From positions 163,195-227,194 of the forward strand of contig CAYWJB010000003.1 in the NCBI GenBank assembly GCA_964458495.1: DNA of 64,000 nt, given 5' to 3'. The notes below the pieces were generated by a model. The model searched no databases. It was not told where the DNA came from and was given only the letters and a program-made list of their open reading frames with translations. This DNA is from an uncultured Arcobacter sp. (GTDB lineage Bacteria; Acidobacteriota; Terriglobia; Bryobacterales; Bryobacteraceae). A program made the translations under genes and the position numbers. Shown piece after piece: positions 27,721-37,910 of the stretch (position 1 is its first letter; every line of letters begins with the position of its first letter).

Positions 27721-30587
27721 TTCTTGTACTTTTTGCCGCTGCCGCAGGGGCAGGGATCGTTGCGCCCCACCTTGGCGCCCTTGATCACTTGCGACCTGGG
27801 CGCGCTGGAAGCCTCGCCGCCGGCGAACTGGAGCATCTCCATCTCGCGCTCTTTCTTTCGCTGGAGGTTGCGAGTCAGGTCGACAAAGGACGACTGCGCG
27901 GCCTTTCGGTCTGGACTGTGCCCGTCCCTGCCGTCGCCGCCTTCCCGGGCGGACTCAGGGCCCCAGGACGGGCTTTCCTCGCCAAAATCCGCCTGCGTCC
28001 TCGCGTATGCCGGTTGCAGGAAGAACAGGAACCTCACCGTCTCGTCCTCGATGCGGTCCATCATCTCCTGGAACAGCCGGAAGCCTTCCTTTTTGTACTC
28101 GATCAGCGGGTCCTTCTGCCCGTAGGCCCGCATGCCGATGCCCTCTTTCAGGTGGTCCATCGACAGCAGGTGGTCCTTCCACTGCTGGTCGATGACGCTC
28201 AGCCAGACCATGCGCTCGGTCTCGCGCATCACCTCCGGCCCGACGAGGGCTTCCTTTTCGTCATAGCGCTTGCGCAGCCGCTCGAGGATGTACTCTTCCA
28301 TCTCGAGGCGCGACAGCGTCTGCACCTCCTCGGGGAGGATCTTGACGCCGAACTGCGAGTTGATGTCGGTCTGCAGTCCGGCGAGGTCCCACTTGTAGGG
28401 ATCCACTCCCTCGGGGCAGCGCAGGTCGATGATAGACGCCAGGATGCCGTCGACGATCTCGAAGAGCCGCTCCTTCATGTCGCGGCCTTCCAGCAGCTGG
28501 CGGCGCAGGCCGTAGACGGCCTTGCGCTGCTTGTCCATCACATCGTCGTATTCCTTGACGTGCTTGCGGATGGAGAAGTTCTGCGCCTCGACGGCCTTCT
28601 GCGCCGCCTCGATGCGTTTGGTGATGAGCCGGCTCTCGATGGGCACGTCCTCTTCCATGCCGAGCCGCAGCATCAGGTTCTGGATGCGGTCGCCGCCGAA
28701 GATCCGCAGCAGGTCGTCCTGGAGCGAAAGGTAGAAGCGCGATTCTCCGGGGTCGCCCTGGCGCCCGGCGCGTCCTCGCAGCTGGTTGTCAATCCGCCGG
28801 GACTCGTGCCGCTCGGTGCCGATGATGCAGAGGCCTCCGGCGCCCACCACTTTCTCGTGCTCGGCGTCGCACTGGGCCTTGAAGCGGGTGTAGAGGTCTT
28901 TCCAGTCCTCGATGCGGACCCGGTAATGCAGCTCGCCGCGGATGAAATAGTAATAGTTGGTGTCGGCTATGGTGCTGGAAAGCTCGGCCGGTATCGTCTC
29001 CGCCGCCCTTGCCTTCAGCGCCTCCTCCTGCGCCAGAAATTCCGGGTTGCCGCCCAGCAGGATGTCGGTGCCGCGGCCGGCCATGTTGGTGGACACGGTG
29101 ACCGCGCCCAGGCGGCCCGCCTGCGCCACGATATAGGCCTCGCGCTCGTGGTTCTTGGCGTTCAGCACCTCGTGCCGGACGCCCATTTTCTTCAGAATTC
29201 CGCTTAATTTTTCACTCTTTTCGACGGAAATTGTGCCCACCAGAACCGGCTGGCCCGTCTTGTGCCGCTCGGCGATGTCTTTGGCGGCGTTGCGCCACTT
29301 CTCCACTTCCGTCCGGTAGACGATGTCGTTCAGGTCCCGCCGGATCATCGGCTTGTTCGTCGGGATCACGACAACGTCGAGGTTGTAGATCTTGTTGAAC
29401 TCCGCCGCCTCGGTGTCCGCCGTGCCCGTCATGCCGGCCAGCTTCTTGTACAGCCGGAAGTAGTTCTGGAAGGTGACCGTGGCCAGAGTCTGGTTCTCGC
29501 GCTCGATCTTGACGCCCTCTTTCGCCTCGATCGCCTGGTGCAGCCCGTCCGACCACCGCCTGCCTGGCATGAGGCGCCCCGTGAACTCGTCGACGATGAT
29601 CACCTCGCCGTCTTTCACGATATAGTCGCGGTCGCGCTGGTAGAGCACGTGCGCCCGCAGCCCCTGCTGGACGTGGTGGTTCAGCTCGATGTACTCGGGA
29701 TCGTAGAGGTTCGGAACGCCAAGCAGCCGCTCCACCTTCGCCACGCCCTCCTCGGTCAGCGCCACGGTGCGGTTGCGCTCGTCCACGGTGAAGTCGCCGG
29801 TGGTGTACTTCTGGCCCGGTTCGCGCCCTTCGATCACCTCGCCCCGCACCAGCCGGGGGATGATGGAGTTTACGCGGTAGTACTTGTCGGTGGACTCTTC
29901 CGACGGCCCGCTGATGATCAGCGGCGTGCGCGCCTCGTCGATCAGGATCGAGTCCACCTCGTCGACGATGGCGTAATTGTGCTCCCGCTGGACGCAGTCC
30001 TCCAGCCGGAATTTCATGTTGTCGCGCAGGTAGTCGAAGCCGTACTCGTTGTTGGTGCCGTAGGTGATGTCGCAGTGGTAGGCCGCCCGCCGCTCCTCGT
30101 CGTCCAGCCCGTGCACGATCAGCCCGACGCTCATGCCGAGGAAGCGGTAGATGCGCCCCATCCATTCCGAGTCGCGCCGGGCGAGGTAATCGTTCACCGT
30201 CACCACGTGCACGCCGTCGCCGGTGAGCGCGTTCAGGTAGACCGGGAGCGTCGCCACCAGCGTCTTGCCCTCGCCCGTCTTCATTTCGGCGATTTTGCCC
30301 TGGTGCAGAACGATGCCGCCGATCAGCTGCACGTCGAAATGGCGCATGTTCAGCACCCGCCGCGACGCCTCCCGCACCACCGCGAAGGCGTCGGCCAGCA
30401 GGTCGTCCAGCGGTTCGCCGTTTGCCAGCCGCTGTTTGAATTCGGAGGTCTTCGCTGCCAGTTCGGCGTCGCTCAGCTTCTGGAGAGAGGGCTCCCGGCT
30501 GTTGATGGCTTCCACCACGGGGCGGAGCTTTTTCACTTCGCGCTCGTGCTTGGTGCCGAAAATCTTCGCCAGAAGAGTGTCGATCAT
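27705..30587 (-). CDS. secA: Preprotein translocase ATPase SecA
   Basis: 960 aa. Contains MKTGEGKT (Walker A), [19 protein letters not shown], and the C-terminal zinc motif [14 protein letters not shown]. Confidence 0.97.
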   Translation of the reverse strand: MIDTLLAKIFGTKHEREVKKLRPVVEAINSREPSLQKLSDAELAAKTSEFKQRLANGEPLDDLLADAFAVVREASRRVLNMRHFDVQLIGGIVLHQGKIAEMKTGEGKTLVATLPVYLNALTGDGVHVVTVNDYLARRDSEWMGRIYRFLGMSVGLIVHGLDDEERRAAYHCDITYGTNNEYGFDYLRDNMKFRLEDCVQREHNYAIVDEVDSILIDEARTPLIISGPSEESTDKYYRVNSIIPRLVRGEVIEGREPGQKYTTGDFTVDERNRTVALTEEGVAKVERLLGVPNLYDPEYIELNHHVQQGLRAHVLYQRDRDYIVKDGEVIIVDEFTGRLMPGRRWSDGLHQAIEAKEGVKIERENQTLATVTFQNYFRLYKKLAGMTGTADTEAAEFNKIYNLDVVVIPTNKPMIRRDLNDIVYRTEVEKWRNAAKDIAERHKTGQPVLVGTISVEKSEKLSGILKKMGVRHEVLNAKNHEREAYIVAQAGRLGAVTVSTNMAGRGTDILLGGNPEFLAQEEALKARAAETIPAELSSTIADTNYYYFIRGELHYRVRIEDWKDLYTRFKAQCDAEHEKVVGAGGLCIIGTERHESRRIDNQLRGRAGRQGDPGESRFYLSLQDDLLRIFGGDRIQNLMLRLGMEEDVPIESRLITKRIEAAQKAVEAQNFSIRKHVKEYDDVMDKQRKAVYGLRRQLLEGRDMKERLFEIVDGILASIIDLRCPEGVDPYKWDLAGLQTDINSQFGVKILPEEVQTLSRLEMEEYILERLRKRYDEKEALVGPEVMRETERMVWLSVIDQQWKDHLLSMDHLKEGIGMRAYGQKDPLIEYKKEGFRLFQEMMDRIEDETVRFLFFLQPAYARTQADFGEESPSWGPESAREGGDGRDGHSPDRKAAQSSFVDLTRNLQRKKEREMEMLQFAGGEASSAPRSQVIKGAKVGRNDPCPCGSGKKYKKCCGA

Positions 30588-30704
30588 GGATGCGGGGCTT
30601 TCACTTCATTCTACCGCAGGGGCTTTTCGCGCCCCGCGGAAGGCCCGCCCGCCCCCGGCCGCTCCCTGCCGCCCCATCCCGGCTGCTTCCCTGCGCCGCC
30701 GGGC

Positions 30705-31055
30705 CTACGCGCGCTTTTCGAGGAAACGGCGGATCCCGCCGCGGAATTGCCCGAGCGTCTCCTCAAGCGGATGCTCGCCCCAGTAGACGTGCTGGTAGCC
30801 TACCGCCACGCTGTGCAGGAACATCACCGCCAGCCGGACGCGCCCGCACTCGCGGCGGAAGACCCAGCGGTATTCACCCCCGCTCAGCAGCCACACGCAC
30901 TCGCCCGCGCCGGAGATTTCCAGGTCGTCCAGCGCTGCGGAGAGGGCCTCCAGCGCCGCCTCCGGCTCGGCCGCCCAGAGGGTATGCTCCTCCTGATCGT
31001 CGCCGATCCGGCACTCCAGCCGCCCGAAATCATCCAGCCCAAGGGAGAAGCGCAT
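30705..31055 (-). CDS. Hypothetical protein
   Basis: 116 aa with ATG start and gene-like composition. Located between the hybrid kinase and secA. No family recognised. Confidence 0.55.
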   Translation of the reverse strand: MRFSLGLDDFGRLECRIGDDQEEHTLWAAEPEAALEALSAALDDLEISGAGECVWLLSGGEYRWVFRRECGRVRLAVMFLHSVAVGYQHVYWGEHPLEETLGQFRGGIRRFLEKRA

Positions 31056-31157
31056 ACGGCCATCTTATCGAGTTCCGCATTCGGTTCTCCGGTTTCCACC
31101 CGGTCTCGAGGAAGACGGCGCCTTGCCCTGATTGCGTTGGCCCGCCCGGCACACCCT

Positions 31158-32339
31158 CTAGCTTGCCTCCAGGCACCGCCGCACCGTCTCCAGCAGATCG
31201 TGGGCGTGTACGGGCTTGGTCAGAAATGCCGCCATGCCCCGCTCGCGGCACTTCAGGCGCAGTTCTGGCGACATTTCCGCGGTCAGCGCCAGCACGGGCG
31301 TCGATTCGTATCCCGGCAGCCGGCGCATCCTCTCGTAGGTTTCCAGCCCGTCCATGCCCGGCATGAAGAGGTCCATCAGCACCAGACGGTACTTGCGCCG
31401 CCCGGCGGCCGCCAGCGCGGAGGCGCCGTCGCTGCAGCAATCCACGCGGTATTCTCCCTTTGCCAGCACCGCCCGCAGCACTCGCTGGCTCACCGGATTG
31501 TCCTCCACCACCAGCAGCGCCCCCTCGCCGTCGCCCGCAGCCGCCGACTCGGGCGATTGCGCCGCCCGCCCGGGAAGCCCCGCAGGAATCCGCGCCGTCA
31601 GCCGCACTTCCCCCTGCGCATCCTCGATCTCCAAACTGCCCCGCATCAGTTCCGCCACCCGCCGCGCCAGCGCAAGATCCAGCGCCACCCCGTGGAAATG
31701 CCCGATGGCAGCCTGCTGGCTCGCCTCAAACTCCTCCAGCAGGTTCCGCACTGCGTCCACGGTGAGCCCGTTCCGGCACTGCAGCGTCAGCGCCAGGCCC
31801 ACCTCGCCCGGCCCGCCACCGGAATCCAGACGCGTGCCCACCGACACTCCGCCACCGGAAACTGTTCGCATGGCGTAGCGCAGCATCAACCGCACGACCT
31901 GTGTCAGCCGCCGCGCGTCCGCCTCGACAATCCTTGGCAGAATCGGATCCAGGATCCATTGCAGTTCCAAGTGCCTGGACTCCGCCTCCACCATGAACTC
32001 CGCCATCACCGCCTGCAACGTATCCCGCAGGTCGAACTGCGCCTCGTCGAGCCGCGCCAGCCCGTTGGCCAAGGTCGTGTATTCCAGCGTGTCGTTGAGC
32101 AGGTCCAGCAGCCCGTTGGCCGATTGCCGCGCCATCATCGCGTACTCGCGCTGCTCATCGGTCAGGGGCGTCTCCAGCAGAAGGTCGATGGCGCCCAGCA
32201 CCCCGCTCAGAGGCGTGCGGATTTCATGGTTCAGGCTCGTCAGCAGTTGCAGCCGCTGCCCGCCGGCGTCCGCCGCAGCGGCCGCCCGCGCGGCGGCGCC
32301 CGTCGAAGCCGCGGCCGGTTCCTCTCGCTGCACGTTCAT
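31158..32339 (-). CDS. Hybrid histidine kinase/response regulator without sensor domain and with degenerate ATPase domain
   Basis: 393 aa. H-box SLNHEIRTPLSG sits near the N-terminus. The HATPase-like region lacks N/G1/G2 consensus residues. The C-terminal REC domain is intact (LLVVEDN, LVLMDLFMPGMDG, FLTKP). Confidence 0.85.
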   Translation of the reverse strand: MNVQREEPAAASTGAAARAAAAADAGGQRLQLLTSLNHEIRTPLSGVLGAIDLLLETPLTDEQREYAMMARQSANGLLDLLNDTLEYTTLANGLARLDEAQFDLRDTLQAVMAEFMVEAESRHLELQWILDPILPRIVEADARRLTQVVRLMLRYAMRTVSGGGVSVGTRLDSGGGPGEVGLALTLQCRNGLTVDAVRNLLEEFEASQQAAIGHFHGVALDLALARRVAELMRGSLEIEDAQGEVRLTARIPAGLPGRAAQSPESAAAGDGEGALLVVEDNPVSQRVLRAVLAKGEYRVDCCSDGASALAAAGRRKYRLVLMDLFMPGMDGLETYERMRRLPGYESTPVLALTAEMSPELRLKCRERGMAAFLTKPVHAHDLLETVRRCLEAS

Positions 32340-32420
32340 GCAGACATGGCGCTCCCGCTTCCTCCATCGGCGGAAACGCCTTCGTTCTTTAGCGGATCCG
32401 CAGGCAGCCCCGCGCGGACG

Positions 32421-33284
32421 TCAGTCCTCGCTGCGGAAGAATCCCCCAAGGGATTCCAGCGGCCCCCGCTCGTCGCCCCCGGCCTGCCCCGGACTCAGCT
32501 CGCGCCGGAGTTTTTCAAGCGTCATGCTCTGGATGATCACCCGCCCCGGACCCCGCAGCGTGGCCAGGAACAACCCTTCTCCGCCGAAGATCGCCGTCTT
32601 GATCCCGCCGGCGAACTGCACGTCGTAATCCACGCCTTCGTCAAAGGCGACGATGCAGCCCGTGTCCACCTGCAACACCTCCCCCGGACCCAGCTCGAAT
32701 TCGATGAAATCCCCGCCCGCGTGAATAAAGGCCGTGCCCGGCCCGGTGATCTTCTCCAGAATGAACCCTTCGCCGCCGAACAGACCGCTGCCGATCTTTT
32801 TCACAAACGCGATGTCGACCCGCGCCGTCGCCTGCGCGCACACGAAGCTGTCGCGCTGCGCCAGCACCGCTTGCCCCGCCTTCAGCTCCAGCGCCTGAAT
32901 CCGGCCCGGATATGCACCCGCGAAACCCACCTCGCCGGGCGCCATGGCTCGGAAATAGGTCCAGAACAGCGACTCGCCCATCAGCTTCCGCTTCACCGCG
33001 CCCCACAGCTTCTCGCCGATCGACTGGCCCGACATCCGGCTCTCCCACTGCACTGCGGCCGTCTTGTAGATCATCTTCCCGGCCTCGGCGTAGACCTCCT
33101 GTCCGGGTTTCAGGCGAATGCGCACCACTTGCAGGTTGTCGCCCTGAATCGTGTAGTCGAGCGGCTCGGCCTGCGCGAAGCCGTAAGCGGGCGCCACCGG
33201 AGCGCCTCCCATCGCCGCGCCACAGCGGGCGCAGAACTTTGCCCCTTCCTGTGCTTCCGAACCGCAACTGGTGCAATATGGCAT
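32421..33284 (-). CDS. AIM24/TIGR00266 (DUF124) family protein with N-terminal zinc ribbon
   Basis: 287 aa. N-terminal CTSCG...CARCG ribbon. AIM24-type blocks follow: GEGFILEKITGPG and GGEGLFLATLRGPGRVIIQS. Confidence 0.85.
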   Translation of the reverse strand: MPYCTSCGSEAQEGAKFCARCGAAMGGAPVAPAYGFAQAEPLDYTIQGDNLQVVRIRLKPGQEVYAEAGKMIYKTAAVQWESRMSGQSIGEKLWGAVKRKLMGESLFWTYFRAMAPGEVGFAGAYPGRIQALELKAGQAVLAQRDSFVCAQATARVDIAFVKKIGSGLFGGEGFILEKITGPGTAFIHAGGDFIEFELGPGEVLQVDTGCIVAFDEGVDYDVQFAGGIKTAIFGGEGLFLATLRGPGRVIIQSMTLEKLRRELSPGQAGGDERGPLESLGGFFRSED

Positions 33285-33374
33285 TGAGATTCTCCCTCCT
33301 GCGCAAACACAGTATCCTGTGGGCAGAGTCCCGCAACGGAGGTGTTGCGGCGCCCGTCGAACGAATCAACGCCC

Positions 33375-35606
33375 ATGATACGCAGAACGTTGGCCGTCTG
33401 TTCCCTTGTCTTCTTTCTCCTGGCCCCTGCGCCGGCGCGCACTCTTCCCGTGGTCTGCGGCACCGAGCGCGGCGCCCGCGTCGCCGCGCCGGCGGAGAAC
33501 GAGGCGCAGTGGCGCGCCTTGCGCCGCCTGAAATCCCTGGCCCGCGCCGCGGAGACACCCCGCGCCCGGGACTACGGCCACATCGCCGTCATGGATTCCG
33601 GCGGCGGCGTTGTCATGGAGCCCAACCCCTTCAACCTCACCGGCCGGGGCATCTCCTTCCAGCCGGCGGCCCCGGTTGCCGCCAGCTACTTCGTAGTCAC
33701 CGGCCCTCAGAACTTCGACTCGCAGGCGGCCGCCCGCGGCCAGCGGCTTGAGGGAATCGACGACGACGACTTCCGCACCATCGACCTGCCCTTCGACTTC
33801 CCCTTCTTCGGCCAGACCCACCGCCGCCTCTTCGTTCACTCCGACGGCAACGTGACCCTCCAGCAACCCGACGCGGATTCCGCCTCGCGGAGCCTCGGGC
33901 GGCTTTTCAGCGGGCCTCCCCGGATCGCGCCGCTGTTTGCCGACCTCGACCCCACGCGCGGCGGCAGCGTCAGCGTCGATCTCGACTCCAGCCGCGCCGT
34001 CATCACCTGGCAGGACGTCCCCGAATACCGGGACTTCGGCACCGGCCCCCGCCAAACCTTTCAGCTCGTGCTCGAGGCCTCCGGACGCATCTCCTTCCAT
34101 TTCTTCTCCGGGACCGCTACGGCTGCCGTGGTCGGCATCTCCCCGGGTTACCTGCAAGGCCCGGCCGAGGTCGTCGACTACGACGCCCCGCCCGTTTCCG
34201 AAATCGCCGGCGCCGCTGCCGAGCGCTTCGGCAGCGAACGCACGCTGGACATCGTGCGCATCGCCCAGCGCTTTTACGAGACGCACGAGGACGCCTATGA
34301 CTACCTTGTGATCTTCAACTCGCTCGGCGTCAGCGCCGGCTCCAACGCCCTGGCCTTCGAGGTGAGCGTCCGCTCCAACGCCACCGGCATCGGCGACACG
34401 GCGCTCGACCGCGGCCACATGTACGGCTCCCCTTGGCGCCTGCAGGCGGTGATGAACATGGGGCCCCTCAGCCAGTACCCGCGCGACCCTTACGCCCGCG
34501 TCGGCTCCCGCGGCGCCATCACCGGCGACACGACGATGTCGATCCTCGGCCACGAAGCCGGGCACCTGTTCCTCGCGCTGGCCAGCGTGCGCGACCCCGC
34601 GCGCCCCGGCGACCTGCCGATGCTGGGCGCGCAGCTCGCCCACTGGAGCTTCAACTTCCACTCCGACGCCTCGCTGCTCGAGGGCAACCGCATCGCCGAC
34701 AACGGCGACGGCACGTTCCTCACCGTCGCCGCCGTGGAGGGGTTCTCCGCCCTCGATCAGTACCTGATGGGGCTGCGCGGGCCGGGCGAGGTCGCGCCCG
34801 CGTTCTACGTCGATAACGCCAACACTTCCCGCACCGCCCTGCCCCGCGTCGGCGTCACCATCCGCGGCGCCCGCCGCGATGTCACCGTCGAGCAGATTAT
34901 CGAAGCCGAAGGCCGGCGCACGCCCGATGACACGGTGGCCCAGCGCCTGTTCCGCTTCGCCTTCATTCTCATCACACCGCCCGGCACGGAGCCTTCCGCC
35001 GAGGAACTCGCGCAGCTGGACGCCTACCGCGCCGAGTTCGAACCCTATTTCCACCGCGCCGCCGGGGAACGCGCCTGGGCCGGCACATCGCTCCAGCGCA
35101 TGCTGCGTTCCTCGCTCTGGCCAGCCGCCGGCGCGGTCGTGGGCGAGCCGGTGCCCGTGCGCCTCTCCATTGCCCGCCCGCTCGATCACGACCTGCGCGT
35201 CTCGCTCTACGCCTCCAGCTTCATCGATCCCATGGAGCCTGTCCTGATCCCTGCCGGAGCGACCGAGACGGTCGCGCACCTCCGCGCCTCTGCTCCGGGC
35301 GTCGCCGACATTTACTTCTACTCCGACGATCCGTCTTTCGAAGTGCTGCACCAGAAGCTCGACGTCAAGCCCGCCCGCAGCGACCTTCAGCTGGTGGACT
35401 ACTGGCGCGATGAGGGGCTGCTGGTTCTGCGCGCCACCGACCCCAACCGCATCCCCTACCCTGGTATCCCGGTGCACATCGAGGGTCTGGAGGCGCCCGT
35501 GCTCACCGACTCGGGCGGCTTCGTCTGGCTTGTCTGGGACGGCTTGAAGCCTGTGGTGGCGTGGATCGAAGGCGCTCCTTCATCGCGCGTCGAGGCGCGC
35601 CCCTGA
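33375..35606 (+). CDS. Large secreted protein with HExxH zinc-metalloprotease motif
   Basis: 743 aa from ATG 33375 with a signal peptide. A single GHEAGH motif occurs mid-protein. No family recognised. Confidence 0.7.
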   Translation: MIRRTLAVCSLVFFLLAPAPARTLPVVCGTERGARVAAPAENEAQWRALRRLKSLARAAETPRARDYGHIAVMDSGGGVVMEPNPFNLTGRGISFQPAAPVAASYFVVTGPQNFDSQAAARGQRLEGIDDDDFRTIDLPFDFPFFGQTHRRLFVHSDGNVTLQQPDADSASRSLGRLFSGPPRIAPLFADLDPTRGGSVSVDLDSSRAVITWQDVPEYRDFGTGPRQTFQLVLEASGRISFHFFSGTATAAVVGISPGYLQGPAEVVDYDAPPVSEIAGAAAERFGSERTLDIVRIAQRFYETHEDAYDYLVIFNSLGVSAGSNALAFEVSVRSNATGIGDTALDRGHMYGSPWRLQAVMNMGPLSQYPRDPYARVGSRGAITGDTTMSILGHEAGHLFLALASVRDPARPGDLPMLGAQLAHWSFNFHSDASLLEGNRIADNGDGTFLTVAAVEGFSALDQYLMGLRGPGEVAPAFYVDNANTSRTALPRVGVTIRGARRDVTVEQIIEAEGRRTPDDTVAQRLFRFAFILITPPGTEPSAEELAQLDAYRAEFEPYFHRAAGERAWAGTSLQRMLRSSLWPAAGAVVGEPVPVRLSIARPLDHDLRVSLYASSFIDPMEPVLIPAGATETVAHLRASAPGVADIYFYSDDPSFEVLHQKLDVKPARSDLQLVDYWRDEGLLVLRATDPNRIPYPGIPVHIEGLEAPVLTDSGGFVWLVWDGLKPVVAWIEGAPSSRVEARP

Positions 35607-35614
35607 GAGCCGCG

Positions 35615-35633
35615 GCGCCGGCTCAGCCGGCGC
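35615..35633. terminator. GC hairpin at convergent junction
   Basis: GCGCCGGC-tca-GCCGGCGC lies in the 39-bp gap between the convergent metalloprotease-like gene and def. There is no U-tract. Confidence 0.25.
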
Positions 35634-35645
35634 GCAGCAACACGG

Positions 35646-36158
35646 TCAGTCCCACTCGCCGGCTTTCACCAGCTTGCGGATCTTGCGCTTGATCAGGTCG
35701 CGTTTCAGCAGGCTCAGGTGCTGAAGGAACAAGATCCCGTCCAGGTGGTCGATCTCGTGCTGGATGGCGCGTGCCAGCAGTTCCTCGCCCTCGGTCTCGA
35801 AGAACTTTCCTTCCAGGTCCTGCGCCCGCACCCGCACACGCCAGGCGCGCTTGACGTCCTCGCGGAAGCCGGGGATCGACAGGCAACCTTCCTCGCCGAT
35901 CTGCGTGCCCTCCCTGACCAGGATCTCCGGGTTCACCAGCACGAGCCTCGCCGACTCGTCCTCTCCCGCGCTCGGATCGATCACCGCCAGGCGCTTGGAT
36001 ACACCCACCTGCGGCGCCGCCAGGCCGACGCCCTTGTTGGCGTACATGGTCTCGAACATGTCCGCGGCCAACTGGTGCAGCTCGCCGTCGAACTCCGCTA
36101 CCGGGTCCGCCTTCGTCTCCAGCACCGGGTCGCCGTACTTGCGGATGCGCAGAATCAT
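35646..36158 (-). CDS. def: Peptide deformylase
   Basis: 170 aa from the internal ATG (MILRIRKYGDPVL). Motifs GVGLAAPQ, EGCLS and QHEIDH are present. Confidence 0.95.
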   Translation of the reverse strand: MILRIRKYGDPVLETKADPVAEFDGELHQLAADMFETMYANKGVGLAAPQVGVSKRLAVIDPSAGEDESARLVLVNPEILVREGTQIGEEGCLSIPGFREDVKRAWRVRVRAQDLEGKFFETEGEELLARAIQHEIDHLDGILFLQHLSLLKRDLIKRKIRKLVKAGEWD

Positions 36159-36166
36159 CGGTCCTT

Positions 36167-37339
36167 TCAGAACTCCCTGACCTGTTGGATGTAACCGTCG
36201 AAGTTTCGACGCGCCTCCAGCAGCGAATCGCCGCCGAATTTTTCCACCATCGCCCCGGCCAGCACCAGCGCCACCATCGCCTCGCCGATCACGCCAGCCG
36301 CCGGAACCACGCACACGTCGCTGCGCTCATAGGCCGCCAGCGCCGGCTCGCGAGTTTCCAGATCCACGCTTTCCAGCGGCCGCCTGAGCGTCGAGATCGG
36401 CTTCAGATAGCCCCGCACTACCACGTCCTGCCCGTTGGTGATGCCGCCCTCCAGCCCGCCCGCCTGGTTGGCCCCGCGTGTGAAGCGGCGCCCCTCGCGG
36501 TCGTAGTGGATCGTGTCCTGCACCTTCGAGCCGAACTCCTCGGCCGCCAGCTCCGCCTCGCCGATCATGACGCCCTTCACCGCCTGGATCGAAAGGATCG
36601 CCTGCGCCAGCTTCCCGTCCAGCCGCGAGTCCCAGGTGATGTGCGAGCCCAGCCCCACGGGCACCCCGTGCGCCCGCACCTCGAAGACGCCACCCACAGT
36701 GTCCCCCGTGCGGTAGGCTTCGTCCACCACGGCCTTCATCCGCGCTTCCGCCTCCGGATCCACGCAGTTGAGCAGCACCTCGTCCTTTTGCGCCAGCGCC
36801 TTCAGCTCTTCCCACTCCACAGGGCGGCCCAGCCGCGCCGTGCCCACCTGAATCACATGGCTCAGCACTTCGATGCCGAACTCGGCCAGAAACTGCTTGG
36901 CCAGCGCCCCCAGAGCCACGCGCGCCGTGGTCTCGCGCGCCGAGGCGCGTTCCAGAATGTAGCGGGCGTCGTGGTAGTTGTACTTGACCGCGCCGGCCAG
37001 GTCGGCATGGCCGGGCCGCGGCCGCTTCAGCGGCTTCTGCTTGCCTTCCGTCTCCGGCGAGGACTCCACCGGCAGCGCCTCGGTCCAGTTCTGCCAGTCC
37101 CGGTTGCGGATGACCACCGCCACCGGGGCGCCCGTCGTCTGCGAGTGCCGGACGCCGCTGACGATCTCCGCCGTGTCGGTTTCGATCTTCATTCGCCCGC
37201 CGCGGCCGTAGCCCTGCTGGCGCCTCCACAGTTCGCGGTTCACCGCCGCAACGGAGACAGGAACGCCCGCCGGCAAGCCGGTCAGCGTGGCGACGAGACA
37301 CTCGCCGTGGCTTTCGCCGGCGGTTTCGAATCGGAACAT
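36167..37339 (-). CDS. aroC: Chorismate synthase
   Basis: 390 aa. Contains FRFETAGESHG, RPGHAD and SARETTARVA. Confidence 0.95.
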   Translation of the reverse strand: MFRFETAGESHGECLVATLTGLPAGVPVSVAAVNRELWRRQQGYGRGGRMKIETDTAEIVSGVRHSQTTGAPVAVVIRNRDWQNWTEALPVESSPETEGKQKPLKRPRPGHADLAGAVKYNYHDARYILERASARETTARVALGALAKQFLAEFGIEVLSHVIQVGTARLGRPVEWEELKALAQKDEVLLNCVDPEAEARMKAVVDEAYRTGDTVGGVFEVRAHGVPVGLGSHITWDSRLDGKLAQAILSIQAVKGVMIGEAELAAEEFGSKVQDTIHYDREGRRFTRGANQAGGLEGGITNGQDVVVRGYLKPISTLRRPLESVDLETREPALAAYERSDVCVVPAAGVIGEAMVALVLAGAMVEKFGGDSLLEARRNFDGYIQQVREF

Positions 37340-37379
37340 AGGGCTAAGATTTCAGCGTAGCGGAACTGCGCCGGCCGGC

Positions 37380-37877
37380 TCAACTTTCGAGCACAAACCG
37401 CAGCGGCAGGTGCGCCGAGCGGCGGATGCCGATCCGCGGCGTCACCGTGATGGACTCCCGCAGCGGAGCCGGTTCGCCCAGGATGCGCAGCGGTCCCCGC
37501 AGCAGGTCGCAGCCGTTGTGCTCGAGCGTGACGCCCAAGGCCCGCGTCACCTTGCCCGGACCATCGCCGCAGCCCTCCACGGCGCGGATCAGGACGCATC
37601 CCGGAATACCCTCCGGCTCGGCCACCACGTTCAGGCAGCAGTGCATCCCGTAGGCAAGGAAGACGTAGGCGTGGCCCGGTTCGCCAAACAGGACCTCGGT
37701 GCGCCGCGTGCGGCCCCGCCAGGCGTGCGCCGCCTCGTCTCCCTCCGGCAGGTACGCCTCCACCTCGAGGATGCGCCCGCCGCGCCCGCCCATCTCGAGG
37801 CGCTGGCCCAGCAGCGAACGGGCCACTTCCACCGTGGGCCGGGCATAAAAGCTGCGGGGCAGGACTCGGGCGGCCAT
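37380..37877 (-). CDS. mpg: DNA-3-methyladenine glycosylase (AAG/Mpg family)
   Basis: 165 aa. Contains FYARPTVEVARSLLG, EVEAY and GHAYVFLAYGMHCCLNVV. Confidence 0.9.
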   Translation of the reverse strand: MAARVLPRSFYARPTVEVARSLLGQRLEMGGRGGRILEVEAYLPEGDEAAHAWRGRTRRTEVLFGEPGHAYVFLAYGMHCCLNVVAEPEGIPGCVLIRAVEGCGDGPGKVTRALGVTLEHNGCDLLRGPLRILGEPAPLRESITVTPRIGIRRSAHLPLRFVLES

Positions 37878-37910
37878 CTCGCGCTACGCTAGGTGAGAGT
37901 ATCACGCCCC

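Noticed and set aside
29262-33287. 1341-codon open reading frame on the + strand, the longest ORF in the track.
   Set aside because: It is antisense to four real minus-strand genes: secA, the 116-aa ORF, the hybrid kinase and AIM24. I checked that all four share one codon register (lowest codon coordinate = 0 mod 3) and that the + ORF is in the exact codon-for-codon complementary register. In that register a stop requires a sense TTA, CTA or TCA codon, which is rare at this GC3. The translation is Arg/Ala/Pro/His-rich with no motifs. It is a shadow ORF.
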